Assembly (NCBI GenBank): GCA_964463915.1 | Contig: CAYXEH010000003.1 | Location: forward strand, 38,547 to 102,546 | Length of the DNA stretch: 64,000 nucleotides | Direction of reading: 5' to 3' | Source: an uncultured Bacteroidales bacterium | GTDB lineage: Bacteria; Bacteroidota; Bacteroidia; Bacteroidales; UBA7960 | Part shown: positions 9,468 to 19,569 of the stretch, piece after piece | Position numbering within the stretch: the stretch's first letter is position 1 | How the letters are laid out: every line of letters begins with the position of its first letter | Position numbers and translations under genes: made by a program | Notes under the pieces: generated by a model | Seen by the model: only the letters and a program-made list of their open reading frames with translations | Databases searched by the model: none | Told to the model about the DNA's origin: nothing

Positions 9468-10886
9468 TTATCCCTTTACCACAAACACCTGTGATGTTTC
9501 GTATTTTACTACTTTAATGGTTTCTCCCTTATCGATAAACCCGGTTAGTGCCGTGGCATCGTAAACGTCATCTTCTATCTCAACTTTTCCGCTGGGACGA
9601 AGCATGGTAAAAGCCTTGCCCTGTTTTCCCACCAGGGACTTCATCACGGGATTGGCTGAAGTGTAGCCGGAGGAAGTCTCCTGGACAGCATCCAGTGCAA
9701 GTTCTCCGAAACGGTTGGTGGTAAATAGTTTCTGACCAAGATAAAAAGAGCCACTCAGCGAAATAAACGCAGCAATTATAACAATTAAAAATGCCCGGAG
9801 TACTTCCATAAAACTTACTCCTGTAAAATCTAAACCCACGTTACCGACCATGGCCAGGGCAAGTCCGGTGACCATGAAAATCACCCCAAGCACACCCGCC
9901 ACTCCAAAACCGGGTATGGCAAACAGTTCCACAGCAATAAGAATCAGGCCCAGCACAAACAGTGCGATTTCATAGTTACCTGCCAGCCCTTCCAGGTATA
10001 ACGGGGCGAAATACAACAGGGCAGCAGTAAGTGCTGCCAGTATAGGCAACCCGATACCCGGAGTCTGCAACTCAAAATAGATCCCGGCAAGGATAAGCAT
10101 GATAAGTATGCCACTCACAACCGGGCTGATCAAAAACTGTATGATCTTGTCAATAAATGTCAGTTGCTGCTCAATTATCTCATAATCCCGAATTCCCGCC
10201 ATATCCATCAGCTCCGTGATGTTTTCAGGGTTGCCTTCCGCATATCCCCATTTCATGGCTTCTGAAGCGGTAAAGGTCAATACCTTCCCTTCCTCAATAA
10301 CCCCTTCTATTTCAATGGAAGGGTCCACCATGGACTGGGCAATTTCAGGATCCCGTCCCTTGGCTTCCGCCGTTGAACGCATGGTGGATCGCATATAAGA
10401 CTGGTATTTATCAGGCACCACTTCCCCGGTCTGGTCAACCACTGTGGCTGCCCCGATATTTCCCCCGGGCCGGATATATATCTGATCGGCAGCGATTGAA
10501 ATGAGGGCTCCGGCGGATGCGGCATTATTATCCACAAAAACGATCACGGGGATGGACGACTGCATGATGCGGGTGCGAATAGAATCCGCGGCATCTACCA
10601 TCCCTCCATAGGTATTCATGTGCAGCAGGACAAAGTCAGCATTCAGGCTGTCGGCTTCTTCAAAAGCCCGCTGCGTGAGACGAACCGCAGGTTGTGCAAT
10701 ATTCTGTCTGATTTCATACTTGTACACCAGGAAATTTTTTCCGGGATCTGCCTCAATGGCTTCCTTTACGCGGTCAGGCCGGCTTTCAGTCTCTTCTGTT
10801 GCGCCGGCTTTTGCCGTAAAGCTGAAGAGTACCAGTGCAATCAATATGGGGGTCAGCGCTTTCATATTTGATTTATATTGAACCAT
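9468..10886 (-). CDS. NfeD-family membrane-bound ClpP-class serine protease
   Basis: 472 aa. Signal peptide (alternative ATG at 10865, MKALTPILIALVLF), ClpP-like domain (NTYGGMVDAA, NNAASAGALIS), a block of hydrophobic helices, and a C-terminal NfeD OB segment (GKQGKAFTMLRPSGKVEIEDDVYDA). Confidence 0.8.
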   Translation of the reverse strand: MVQYKSNMKALTPILIALVLFSFTAKAGATEETESRPDRVKEAIEADPGKNFLVYKYEIRQNIAQPAVRLTQRAFEEADSLNADFVLLHMNTYGGMVDAADSIRTRIMQSSIPVIVFVDNNAASAGALISIAADQIYIRPGGNIGAATVVDQTGEVVPDKYQSYMRSTMRSTAEAKGRDPEIAQSMVDPSIEIEGVIEEGKVLTFTASEAMKWGYAEGNPENITELMDMAGIRDYEIIEQQLTFIDKIIQFLISPVVSGILIMLILAGIYFELQTPGIGLPILAALTAALLYFAPLYLEGLAGNYEIALFVLGLILIAVELFAIPGFGVAGVLGVIFMVTGLALAMVGNVGLDFTGVSFMEVLRAFLIVIIAAFISLSGSFYLGQKLFTTNRFGELALDAVQETSSGYTSANPVMKSLVGKQGKAFTMLRPSGKVEIEDDVYDATALTGFIDKGETIKVVKYETSQVFVVKG

Positions 10887-11006
10887 TCCTTACGAAATTA
10901 ACATAAAAAACCCAGAAACACACCTGCAGTTTGCCCGCAGATGCAATATTCCGGGTAAGAAGATTGATTTTAATACGGCAAGGACGCAAAAATATGCAGT
11001 GCGTAC

Positions 11007-11657
11007 TTATTTCTTGTTATGGTCTGCCAGAAATTTTTCCAGGCCGATATCGGTAAGGGGATGTTTCAAAAGACCGAGGATTGGGTTCAGCGGGCATGTC
11101 ACTACATCGGCACCCACTTCCGCACATTGTACAATATGCATGGTATGACGAATACTTGCCGCCAGTACCTGGGTGTCAAAATCATAATACCGGTAAATAT
11201 CCACAATCTGACCAATCAGCTCAACCCCTTCCGTGGAAATGTCATCCAATCGTCCGATGAAGGGAGACACATATGTTGCTCCGGCTTTTGCCGCCAGAAT
11301 GGCCTGTCCGGCTGAAAATACCAGGGTGCAGTTCGTTTTAATTCCTTTGGAGTTCAGATAGCGAATGGCTTTCACCCCATCTTTGATCATAGGAATTTTT
11401 ACCACAATCTGAGGGTGGAGGGCAGCCAGCTTCACCCCTTCCCGGATCATTCCGTCCAGGTCTGTGGAGATCACTTCCGCACTGACATCACCTTCCACGA
11501 TATTGCAAATATCGACATAATGTTTGTTAATATTTTCCTCCCCCCGGATTCCTTCTTTTGCCATCAGAGAAGGATTGGTGGTCACACCGTCAAGTATACC
11601 CAGGTCGTTGGCTTCCCGGATCTGATCCAGATTGGCTGTGTCGATAAAGAATTTCAT
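11007..11657 (-). CDS. fsa: Fructose-6-phosphate aldolase / TalC-type transaldolase
   Basis: 216 aa. [24 protein letters not shown] and the Schiff-base lysine context VVKIP. Short-form transaldolase family. Confidence 0.9.
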   Translation of the reverse strand: MKFFIDTANLDQIREANDLGILDGVTTNPSLMAKEGIRGEENINKHYVDICNIVEGDVSAEVISTDLDGMIREGVKLAALHPQIVVKIPMIKDGVKAIRYLNSKGIKTNCTLVFSAGQAILAAKAGATYVSPFIGRLDDISTEGVELIGQIVDIYRYYDFDTQVLAASIRHTMHIVQCAEVGADVVTCPLNPILGLLKHPLTDIGLEKFLADHNKK

Positions 11658-11710
11658 GATGCGTATAATTAGGGTTAAATAAAAAAAGACAGTTTAAATA
11701 CAAAAAAGAA

Positions 11711-11807
11711 GGGTAAGCCCTGGTATCGCACCGCTACGACCGCCTACCCTTGCTACCTTCCGGTCCTGGGGGAATTCAGCGGGAGCTGGTCGTACCCTGA
11801 CTTACCC
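11711..11807 (-). ncRNA. ffs: Signal recognition particle RNA (4.5S, small type)
   Basis: Minus-strand read: GGGTAAG...CCAGGACCGGAAGGTAGCAAGGGTAGG...CTTACCC. The central block matches conserved SRP domain IV (E. coli 4.5S CAGGUCCGGAAGGAAGCAGCCAAGGCAG) with a GGAA tetraloop. A 7-nt terminal stem GGGTAAG/CTTACCC closes the molecule. A TAGTTTTG -7 box lies just upstream and a T-run (TTCTTTTTTG) just downstream. Confidence 0.88.
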
Positions 11808-11811
11808 GGTG

Positions 11812-11819
11812 CAAAACTA
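11812..11819 (-). promoter_or_regulatory. Candidate Bacteroidota sigma-A -7 box (TAGTTTTG) for ffs
   Basis: Matches consensus TAnnTTTG. Ends about 5 nt before the first G of the SRP RNA terminal stem. Confidence 0.45.
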
Positions 11820-11903
11820 TAAAAAATCCGCGGAAATCCTGTATTTATTTTGCTATTTTTGTCAGGATTCACAATCAATTATCCACACCAATCTTCTAAA
11901 GTC

Positions 11904-12440
11904 ATGGAAAACAACGAACAATCAATGCCTTCTCAAAAAAGCGCAATGGCCGGTCCGGCGTTTCAATTCGGTTTACTTATTGCTGCAGGACTGATTATCC
12001 TCTCCCTGATCATGTATGTAGCTGGCATGATCACAGCAAACTGGATCTCCTATGTAGGCTATGCTATATTGCTTGGAGGCCTTATTTTTGGGACCCTCAG
12101 GTTCAGGGACGAATATTCAGGAGGGTTTATCTCTTACGGACGTGCACTGGGGTTCGGTACATTGGTTTCATTTTTCGCAGCCCTTATTTCTGCTGTTTTT
12201 TCCTATCTGTTCTATACCGTGCTCGCCCCGGATGCATTGAATGAGCTAAGGATCGCCGCAGAGATCAACATCCTTGAAACCACTCCCAATATAACTGATC
12301 AACAGCTGGATTTAGCTATCAAAATGGTCAATCCTTTGATGATGGCACTGACCTACTTGTTCTCTTACACATTTGTAGGTTTTGTTTTCTCCCTGGTCAC
12401 TGCCGCTTTCCTGAAGCGGAAAGACCCGATGGAGTACTAA
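11904..12440 (+). CDS. DUF4199-like small membrane protein
   Basis: Track ORF begins at 11850, but the ATG at 11904 (MENNEQSMPSQ) follows a TATTTTTG box at 11854..11861. 178 aa with about four hydrophobic helices. Overall pattern resembles DUF4199. Confidence 0.6.
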   Translation: MENNEQSMPSQKSAMAGPAFQFGLLIAAGLIILSLIMYVAGMITANWISYVGYAILLGGLIFGTLRFRDEYSGGFISYGRALGFGTLVSFFAALISAVFSYLFYTVLAPDALNELRIAAEINILETTPNITDQQLDLAIKMVNPLMMALTYLFSYTFVGFVFSLVTAAFLKRKDPMEY

Positions 12441-12485
12441 AATAAATATGGGCGCCCGGATGCGCAACCCCAAAAGCCTTGACCT

Positions 12486-13739
12486 ATGCCCCAGGAAGGA
12501 GTGATCCATGTGGCCATTCCCGCCATGAATGAAGCAGACTTCCTTCCCGCCACCATTGATTGTCTGACTAAACAATCTTTCCGTGGGTTTAAGGTCTGGA
12601 TATGCGTCAACCAGCCGGACAACTGGTGGGAGGACGTAGAGAAACGGCCTGTTTGTGAAAACAATCAGCGAACATTAAACTACCTGGCACAATGTAGCCA
12701 CGGAAATTTCCGTATCCTTGATCATAGTTCTCCGGGCAAAGGCTGGAAAGGGAAGGCGCATGGAGTCGGGCAAGCAAGAAAGGTGCTGATGGACCGTATT
12801 AACCAGACTGCCGGTCCGGAGGATATTATTCTCAGTCTGGATGCAGACACCCTGTTCGGCCCGGATTACCTGGAGTCCGTGCACAATGTATTTATCCGGC
12901 ATTCCGGGGCCGTCGCATTGTCAAATCCTTATTATCATCCCCTTACCGGGGATCAACGGTTGAACCGTGCCATGCTCCGCTATGAGATCTATATGCGCCA
13001 TTACGCCATCAACCTTTGGCGCATCGGCTCACCATACAGTTTTACCGCACTGGGGTCTGCCATTGCCATTCCCGTCAGTGCCTACCGGAAAATAGGAGGA
13101 ATGACTGCCAAAAAAAGCGGCGAAGACTTCTACCTGCTACAGAAACTTCGCAAATCCGGTTGGATATGCAACCATAATACCCGGTTGGTGTATCCGGGAA
13201 CCCGTTATTCCGACAGGGTCTATTTTGGCACCGGGCCTGCGCTGATCAGGGGAAGTAATGGAGACTGGAACAGTTACCCTGTTTACGACCACCACTTGTT
13301 TGATCTGATCCGGGAAACCTATGAATGTTTTCCTGAATTGCATAAAGGATCTGTTGAAACACCCATGTCAGATTTTCTTCGTGAAAAATTCCGTGAAACG
13401 GATCCCTTCGGCACAATCAGGAAAAATGCCCCCACGGCACAAGGGTTTGTCAAGGCCTGCCACCAGAAAGTTGATGGATTACGAATATTGCAATTCCTGA
13501 AAGAATCTGCCGGGAAAAATCCCGTCCGTGATGAATCCGGGCTAATCAGTTTTCTGCAGCGGTTCCATTCCCGGCATTTGTTGCCTGAACAAAAGGGTGG
13601 TACCGGATTTTTTTCTGCCGGGGAGATTCGGGATTTGCATGCATTGGATTTCGAAACCACCGGTATTTCCCTTTTGAACAAAATCCGTGACTTGTTGCAA
13701 ACAATTGAAATCAGTCATCAGAAAAACGATCAACCATGA
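12486..13739 (+). CDS. Family 2 glycosyltransferase
   Basis: 417 aa. GT-A hallmarks VAIPAMNEADFL, LSLDADT (DxD) and GEDFYL. Stop overlaps the miaA start (ATGA at 13736..13739). Confidence 0.8.
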   Translation: MPQEGVIHVAIPAMNEADFLPATIDCLTKQSFRGFKVWICVNQPDNWWEDVEKRPVCENNQRTLNYLAQCSHGNFRILDHSSPGKGWKGKAHGVGQARKVLMDRINQTAGPEDIILSLDADTLFGPDYLESVHNVFIRHSGAVALSNPYYHPLTGDQRLNRAMLRYEIYMRHYAINLWRIGSPYSFTALGSAIAIPVSAYRKIGGMTAKKSGEDFYLLQKLRKSGWICNHNTRLVYPGTRYSDRVYFGTGPALIRGSNGDWNSYPVYDHHLFDLIRETYECFPELHKGSVETPMSDFLREKFRETDPFGTIRKNAPTAQGFVKACHQKVDGLRILQFLKESAGKNPVRDESGLISFLQRFHSRHLLPEQKGGTGFFSAGEIRDLHALDFETTGISLLNKIRDLLQTIEISHQKNDQP

Positions 13740-14683
13740 CATCAACTGCCCCACCCCCGCTTATTGTTATAACCGGTCCCACTGCCACCGGAAAGACCCG
13801 ACTTGCTGCCCGCGTGGCCAGAGAAAGTGGTGGCGAAGTGATCAGTGCCGATTCCAGGCAGGTTTACCGTGGCATGGATCTGGGTTCAGGCAAAGATCTG
13901 AATGACTTTTTGATTGATGGAGAAAAGGTTCCGCACCATTTGATTGACATCGCCGAAGCGGGCGGGGAATACAATGTGTTTGCCTTTCAGCAGGATTTTC
14001 TGGATGCTTACAGGAAGATCCTTTCCCGTAATAATCAACCGGTATTATGCGGAGGTACCGGCTTATACATTGAAGCTGCCATCGGGAAATACCGTCTTCT
14101 GAAGGTTCCAAAGAACAGCACCCTTCGTAAACAACTGTCGGGAAAACCCATGGAGGAACTGGCAGCGATGCTGAAAGAGCTGAAGCCTCTTCATAACACT
14201 ACCGACACCAATGATAAAGATCGCTTAATGCGCGCCATCGAAATAGAAACCTATCAGCTTGCAAACCAGGATAAAATCCTTGATTATCCGAAACTTGACC
14301 CTGTACTATTTGCCATATGGTTTGACCGGAAAGTGCTTCGCGAGCGGATTACTCACAGGCTTGCCCGGCGTCTTGAACAAGGGATGACAGACGAGGTAAA
14401 AGGACTGCTGGATCAGGGACTCCGGCCTGAACAACTTACTTTTTACGGTCTTGAATATCGCTACCTGACCCTTTATGTGACCGGTAAGCTCAGTTATGAC
14501 GAGATGTTCCGGAATCTCAATACCGCCATCCATCAGTTTGCCAAAAGACAGATGACCTGGTTCAGGCGAATGGAAAGGTCCGGTCATCCGATTCATTGGA
14601 TAGACGGAGATCTTTCCATGGAAGAAAAAGTCCGGTATGTACTGAATCACACAAAAGGAAATCCGGGTAATCCCGGGAAATAA
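13736..14683 (+). CDS. miaA: tRNA dimethylallyltransferase
   Basis: 315 aa. P-loop GPTATGKT and ISADSRQVYRGMDLGSGK. Confidence 0.92.
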   Translation: MTSTAPPPLIVITGPTATGKTRLAARVARESGGEVISADSRQVYRGMDLGSGKDLNDFLIDGEKVPHHLIDIAEAGGEYNVFAFQQDFLDAYRKILSRNNQPVLCGGTGLYIEAAIGKYRLLKVPKNSTLRKQLSGKPMEELAAMLKELKPLHNTTDTNDKDRLMRAIEIETYQLANQDKILDYPKLDPVLFAIWFDRKVLRERITHRLARRLEQGMTDEVKGLLDQGLRPEQLTFYGLEYRYLTLYVTGKLSYDEMFRNLNTAIHQFAKRQMTWFRRMERSGHPIHWIDGDLSMEEKVRYVLNHTKGNPGNPGK

Positions 14684-14708
14684 GAATTCTGTCATTTACG
14701 TAAACAGC

Positions 14709-14716
14709 TATTTTTG
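14709..14716 (+). promoter_or_regulatory. Candidate -7 box TATTTTTG upstream of the M14 peptidase gene
   Basis: Matches TAnnTTTG, 42 nt before the ATG at 14759. Confidence 0.35.
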
Positions 14717-14758
14717 TGAATCAACCTCATTTATTAACCTTCAACCATCAACCTGCCA

Positions 14759-16252
14759 ATGCGTTTTATGTCATCTCTTTTCGTTACAATTGTTTCAGCC
14801 GGGATTTTTTTTCTTCAGGGATGTGAAGCACCACTGCAAACACCTGCCGAATCTTCCGGGTTTGAGGACATCACCCATTACGACCAAATTATTTCTTTCT
14901 GCCGCAATGCAGCCGACAATAGCGACCTCCTGGAAATGGAGGTGTTCGGGCAGTCGGCAGAAGGACGCGACCTGGTGGTCATGAAAGCAAACAATGACCA
15001 GACCGGGCAACCGGGAGAAGAAAAACTCCGGATCCTGATGTTTGCCCAGCAACATGGGAATGAACAATCCGGCAAGGAAGGAAGCTTGCTCCTGATCAAA
15101 GACATTGTCAATGGGAAATTCGATCACTGGTTTAAGGAAATGGAGCTTTGGATCATTCCGCAGGTAAACCCTGACGGAGGCGAAGAGAACAGACGCACCA
15201 ATGCCCAGGGCCTGGACCTGAACCGGGATCATGTGGTACAGGAAGCACCTGAGACCCGGGCGCTACACAGTCTTTTCCGGCAATGGATGCCCCATGTCAC
15301 CATTGATGTGCACGAATACTTTCCCTACAGTGACTCATGGGCTGATTTTGGCGGATATAAACAATTCGATGTTCAGGTGGGGGTAACCACTAATATCAAT
15401 ATCGATCAACAGGTACAGCATTACAGTCTTACAGAAACCCTGCCATGGATTGAAAGACACCTGGCAGCTGAGGGCTATACTTTTCACAATTACCTTGTCG
15501 GCCCGCCGCCCCTGGAAGGGATTACCCGTCATTCAACCATCGACATCAATGATGGGCGGCAGGGTTTCGGGATACTCAATACCATGTCATTTATTTACGA
15601 AGGGGTCAACGGGCGCGACAGATACGTGGATCAACTGGAACATCGCAGCCGGGGGCAGCTGGAGGCAATGATTGCCATGATGGATTTTATGCAGGATAAC
15701 CGTGATGAAGTCGTTTTCATGGTCAATGATTCCAGGGAGCAGTTAGAGCAGGGAAAGGCAGGAAGCACCGTGGCCGTAAAGACTGATTATATCAGGAGCG
15801 AGGAACCATTGTTTATGCCCCTGAGATCCTCATCAACCGGGGCCGATACGGTAGTGCAGGTAGACAATTACCACCCCCTTGTGGAGCCGGTCGTGGTTAC
15901 TGAACGACCACTGGGGTACCTGATCTCCCGGGAAGATCATCAATTGATGAATTGGCTGTCACTTCATGATATCCGGATTGAAGCACAGTTGCCGGATGAG
16001 GTGAATATATATGCTTACCAACTGACGGAAACCGAAACGAAAAATGGTGAGCATCCTCCCAAGACCCAGATACACCTTAACCCGGAGATGAATAATTTCG
16101 TTTATGTTCCTTCCGCTCAGTTGCATGGTAATTTTCTCTCCCTGACTCTTGAACCGCATTCGGATATTGCGCTGGGCCGTCATCAGAACTTTACACACCT
16201 GTTGGAGGGTGTTACACACTATCCGGTATACCGCGTAGAGACGATTGAGTAA
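14759..16252 (+). CDS. Secreted M14-family zinc carboxypeptidase
   Basis: 497 aa. Signal peptide with Cys (FFLQGC). Zinc and catalytic motifs QQHGNEQSG (HxxE), NPDGGE, NRDH and DVHEY. Confidence 0.85.
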   Translation: MRFMSSLFVTIVSAGIFFLQGCEAPLQTPAESSGFEDITHYDQIISFCRNAADNSDLLEMEVFGQSAEGRDLVVMKANNDQTGQPGEEKLRILMFAQQHGNEQSGKEGSLLLIKDIVNGKFDHWFKEMELWIIPQVNPDGGEENRRTNAQGLDLNRDHVVQEAPETRALHSLFRQWMPHVTIDVHEYFPYSDSWADFGGYKQFDVQVGVTTNINIDQQVQHYSLTETLPWIERHLAAEGYTFHNYLVGPPPLEGITRHSTIDINDGRQGFGILNTMSFIYEGVNGRDRYVDQLEHRSRGQLEAMIAMMDFMQDNRDEVVFMVNDSREQLEQGKAGSTVAVKTDYIRSEEPLFMPLRSSSTGADTVVQVDNYHPLVEPVVVTERPLGYLISREDHQLMNWLSLHDIRIEAQLPDEVNIYAYQLTETETKNGEHPPKTQIHLNPEMNNFVYVPSAQLHGNFLSLTLEPHSDIALGRHQNFTHLLEGVTHYPVYRVETIE

Positions 16253-16289
16253 AAAATAGGTAAAAAAAATACTTATTGGTGTTTTTTTA

Positions 16290-16347
16290 GGGGTGTTTTC
16301 GAAAAAAGTATATTTTTTTCAGAAAACCCCCCTTTGTTTTTTTGTTT
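16290..16347 (+). terminator. Rho-independent terminator after the M14 gene
   Basis: Long hairpin GGGGTGTTTTCGAAAAAA-GTATAT-TTTTTTCAGAAAACCCC(CC) followed by TTTGTTTTTTTGTTT. Confidence 0.8.
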
Positions 16348-16360
16348 AGGTTTGTTTTTT

Positions 16361-16368
16361 TATATTTG
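16361..16368 (+). promoter_or_regulatory. Candidate -7 box TATATTTG for the glutamine synthetase gene
   Basis: Matches TAnnTTTG, 23 nt before the ATG at 16392, in a T-rich spacer. Confidence 0.45.
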
Positions 16369-16391
16369 CGCATACCTTAAAAAAAACAGAG

Positions 16392-18578
16392 ATGACTCAA
16401 AGAACCAACGCTCTTCAATCCGCCCAGGGACGCAAAGAAATTCCGGCTGCCGGATTACCGGCTAAAGTATCCGAATATTTCGGAATTGATGTTTTCTCGG
16501 AACAGGTAATGCGCGATTACCTGCCCCTTGAAATTTTCAGTCAATTAACCGACAATAAAGATTCTTCCATACAGATCGACAGGAAACTGGCCGACCAGGT
16601 GGCTGCAGCCATGAAAGCCTGGGCAGTATCCCGCGGGGCCACTCACTACTCTCATTGGTTTCAGCCATTAAACGGGGCCACGGCAGAAAAACATGATGCT
16701 TTTTTTACCCCCGCAGGTGCCGGTACGTCCATGGAACAATTTGACGGATCCCAACTCGTTCAGCAGGAACCTGATGCAAGCAGCCTTCCCAGCGGAGGCA
16801 TTCGCAATACCTTTGAAGCCCGTGGCTATTCTGCCTGGGATCCCTCCTCCCCTGCGTTCATTCTGGAGGGGACCCTATGCATCCCGACGATATTCATCGC
16901 GTATACCGGTGAAGCACTGGACTATAAAACTCCCCTGCTGAAATCCAATCAACTCATCAATGATATTTCCGTAGAAGTGGCACAACTATTTGATCGCAGC
17001 ATTACGAGGGTGTATCCCACATTGGGATGGGAGCAGGAATATTTTCTGATCGATGAGAGTTTTTACTTTGCCCGCCACGACCTGACCTTGTGCGGCAGGA
17101 CATTGTGCGGACATACCCCGGCCCGGGGGCAGCAAATGGAAGATCACTATTTTGGTTCGATCCCGGGACGTATTGCGGCATTTATGAGGGAGTTTGAAGT
17201 GGCCTCGTGGCGGCTTGGAATCCCGGTAAAGACCAGACATAACGAAGTGGCCCCCAATCAGTTTGAATTGGCACCGGTATATGAGGAGGCCAATATTGCC
17301 GTTGATCACAATCAACTGGTGATGGTCATCATGGACAAGATTGCCCGGAAACACAATTTAAGGGTGCTGTATCATGAAAAACCCTTTGCAGGGATTAATG
17401 GCTCGGGCAAGCACAACAATTGGTCGCTGGCTACCAACACCGGTAAAAACCTGATGAGCCCCGGCCATACACCCAAAACCAACCTGTTATTCCTCTCCTT
17501 TTTCATTAATTTCATCAAAGCTGTAAGTGAACATCCTTCCCTTCTGCGTGCGGCCATTGCTTCTGCCGGGAATGATCACCGCCTTGGAGCCAATGAAGCC
17601 CCTCCGGCCATTATGTCTGTTTTTATTGGAAAACAGTTAACGGGAGTGCTTAATGAAATCGAATCCAGGGTGGTTGAAAGAAAAATGACCCCTGATGAAA
17701 AAACTGAACTCAAGCTGAATATCGGCAAAATTCCCCAGATTATCCTGGACAACACAGACCGAAACAGAACCTCTCCGCTGGCTTTTACCGGAAACAAATT
17801 TGAATTCCGTGCCGTGGGGGCCTCAGCTAATTGCGGGCCGGCGATGATTGCACTGAACACCATTATGGCTGATCAGCTAAAGCAATTTAAACAACAGGTG
17901 GATTCTTTAATGGAAAATAAGGTGGAAAAAGATGAAGCCATATTCCGTACGCTGAGAACATATATCAGTGAATCGAGATTCATCCTTTATGAAGGTAATA
18001 ATTACAGTGAGGAATGGATCAGAGAAGCTGCTTCCAGGGGGCTGGAGAATACCGGCAATACCCCGGAGGCGTTGAAAAATTATTTATCCGGCAAGACCAT
18101 TGATTTGTTCAGGCGAAATGAAATCTTTACTGAAAAGGAAATGGAAGCCAGGTATGAAATTCGCCTGGAAACCTATACAAAAGCTTTACAAATTGAATCC
18201 AGGGTTCTGGCTGACCTGGCCGGCAACCATATTATTCCCGTGGCCGTAGAATACCAGAACAAGCTGATCCATAATGTCAAAGGTCTTAAAGACGTACTGC
18301 CTGAGTCCCTGTATAACAACCATGCAGCACAGCAGATCCATACCATCACAAAAATTTCTGAGCACATCTCTGAGATTAAAATTGATGTGTCGGACATGAT
18401 TTCAGCCAGAAAAGAAGCCAATGCCATTGAATCACCCCGTGAGAAGGCTGAAGCTTATGCCACCCGGGTAAAACCCATATTGGAAACAATTCGTTACCAT
18501 ATTGATAAATTAGAGATTCTTGTTGATGACAGGCTCTGGCCCCTGCCAAAATACAGGGAGATGCTTTTTGTAAAATAA
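16392..18578 (+). CDS. glnN: Glutamine synthetase, type III
   Basis: 728 aa, the characteristic GSIII length. KPFAGINGSGKHNNWS nucleotide/ammonium-site motif, NEVAPNQFELAP, and a long C-terminal extension typical of GSIII. Confidence 0.9.
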   Translation: MTQRTNALQSAQGRKEIPAAGLPAKVSEYFGIDVFSEQVMRDYLPLEIFSQLTDNKDSSIQIDRKLADQVAAAMKAWAVSRGATHYSHWFQPLNGATAEKHDAFFTPAGAGTSMEQFDGSQLVQQEPDASSLPSGGIRNTFEARGYSAWDPSSPAFILEGTLCIPTIFIAYTGEALDYKTPLLKSNQLINDISVEVAQLFDRSITRVYPTLGWEQEYFLIDESFYFARHDLTLCGRTLCGHTPARGQQMEDHYFGSIPGRIAAFMREFEVASWRLGIPVKTRHNEVAPNQFELAPVYEEANIAVDHNQLVMVIMDKIARKHNLRVLYHEKPFAGINGSGKHNNWSLATNTGKNLMSPGHTPKTNLLFLSFFINFIKAVSEHPSLLRAAIASAGNDHRLGANEAPPAIMSVFIGKQLTGVLNEIESRVVERKMTPDEKTELKLNIGKIPQIILDNTDRNRTSPLAFTGNKFEFRAVGASANCGPAMIALNTIMADQLKQFKQQVDSLMENKVEKDEAIFRTLRTYISESRFILYEGNNYSEEWIREAASRGLENTGNTPEALKNYLSGKTIDLFRRNEIFTEKEMEARYEIRLETYTKALQIESRVLADLAGNHIIPVAVEYQNKLIHNVKGLKDVLPESLYNNHAAQQIHTITKISEHISEIKIDVSDMISARKEANAIESPREKAEAYATRVKPILETIRYHIDKLEILVDDRLWPLPKYREMLFVK

Positions 18579-18709
18579 GGAATTTTTCCCTGTAGCTGTC
18601 GCTAGTCAGAAATTGCAAGTCAACCCGGGTCCGGATAGCTTTTTTCTGAATCCTCATTATCTTTGGTGTCATTGGCAATGGCCGGGGTAATAATCAATAA
18701 TTGTGTATT

Positions 18710-19492
18710 ATGGAAAAAAAAGTGTTTCTGGTAAGTGGCGGAAGCTCAGGTATCGGGCTGGCAATTGCTGCAGGGCTTGCAGATAAGGGGCATCAGGTTT
18801 TATCCCTTAGTCGCAGTAATGAAAAAATTGAACGCGGGCTGAAACAATATCCCGCGCTGGAAAACAAGGTGGAATTTCTCACCGGGGACATCTCAAGTGA
18901 GAAGGATGCAGAAAATCTCCGGTCGCATGTGGAAAAGCAATACGGGGTATTGCACGGTCTTGTTAACAATGCAGGTATCCTGACCACAGGAACCATGGAA
19001 ACCATCAGCGTGGAAGACTGGAAATTTACGCTGGACGTTAACCTGACCGGACCGTATATCCTTACGAAAGCCCTGCTGCCTCTGCTTAAAATGGCCGGAA
19101 GTGCATCCATCGTGAATATTTCCTCTGTGGCCGGGCTAAAGCCAGGAACCAGCCTGGCATATTCAGTCTCCAAGGCCGGGTTGGATATGTTGACACGATT
19201 CCTTGCCGGGGATCTGGGACCTTATAAGATACGTGTCAATTCGGTCAATCCCGGGTTGGTCAGAACCAATATTCACCTGGATAATAAAGTCGTGGCGGAC
19301 ACGAAGACTTATGAAGCATTGCTGGACAAGGCCAGGACACGTTATCCGCTGGGAGAAATCGGTGAACCTGATGATATTGCCAACATGGTGATGTTTCTTC
19401 TTTCTGATGAGGCTTCATGGATAAGCGGCAGTATCATCCCGGTAGACGGTGGCATCATGGTGGAAAACGATTTGATCCCACCGAAAAAATAA
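18710..19492 (+). CDS. SDR-family oxidoreductase
   Basis: The track start at 18701 is a TTG, and ATG 18710 (MEKKVFLVSGGSSGIGLA) is more likely. NNAG and S..YSVSKAG catalytic motifs. Confidence 0.85.
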   Translation: MEKKVFLVSGGSSGIGLAIAAGLADKGHQVLSLSRSNEKIERGLKQYPALENKVEFLTGDISSEKDAENLRSHVEKQYGVLHGLVNNAGILTTGTMETISVEDWKFTLDVNLTGPYILTKALLPLLKMAGSASIVNISSVAGLKPGTSLAYSVSKAGLDMLTRFLAGDLGPYKIRVNSVNPGLVRTNIHLDNKVVADTKTYEALLDKARTRYPLGEIGEPDDIANMVMFLLSDEASWISGSIIPVDGGIMVENDLIPPKK

Positions 19493-19569
19493 AATGCTCT
19501 TTCGGAACGGGAAAAACCGCCGGATGCCACAGTCTGCAAAAGTCTGGTCCTGGTTTTGTTCTGATCAGA

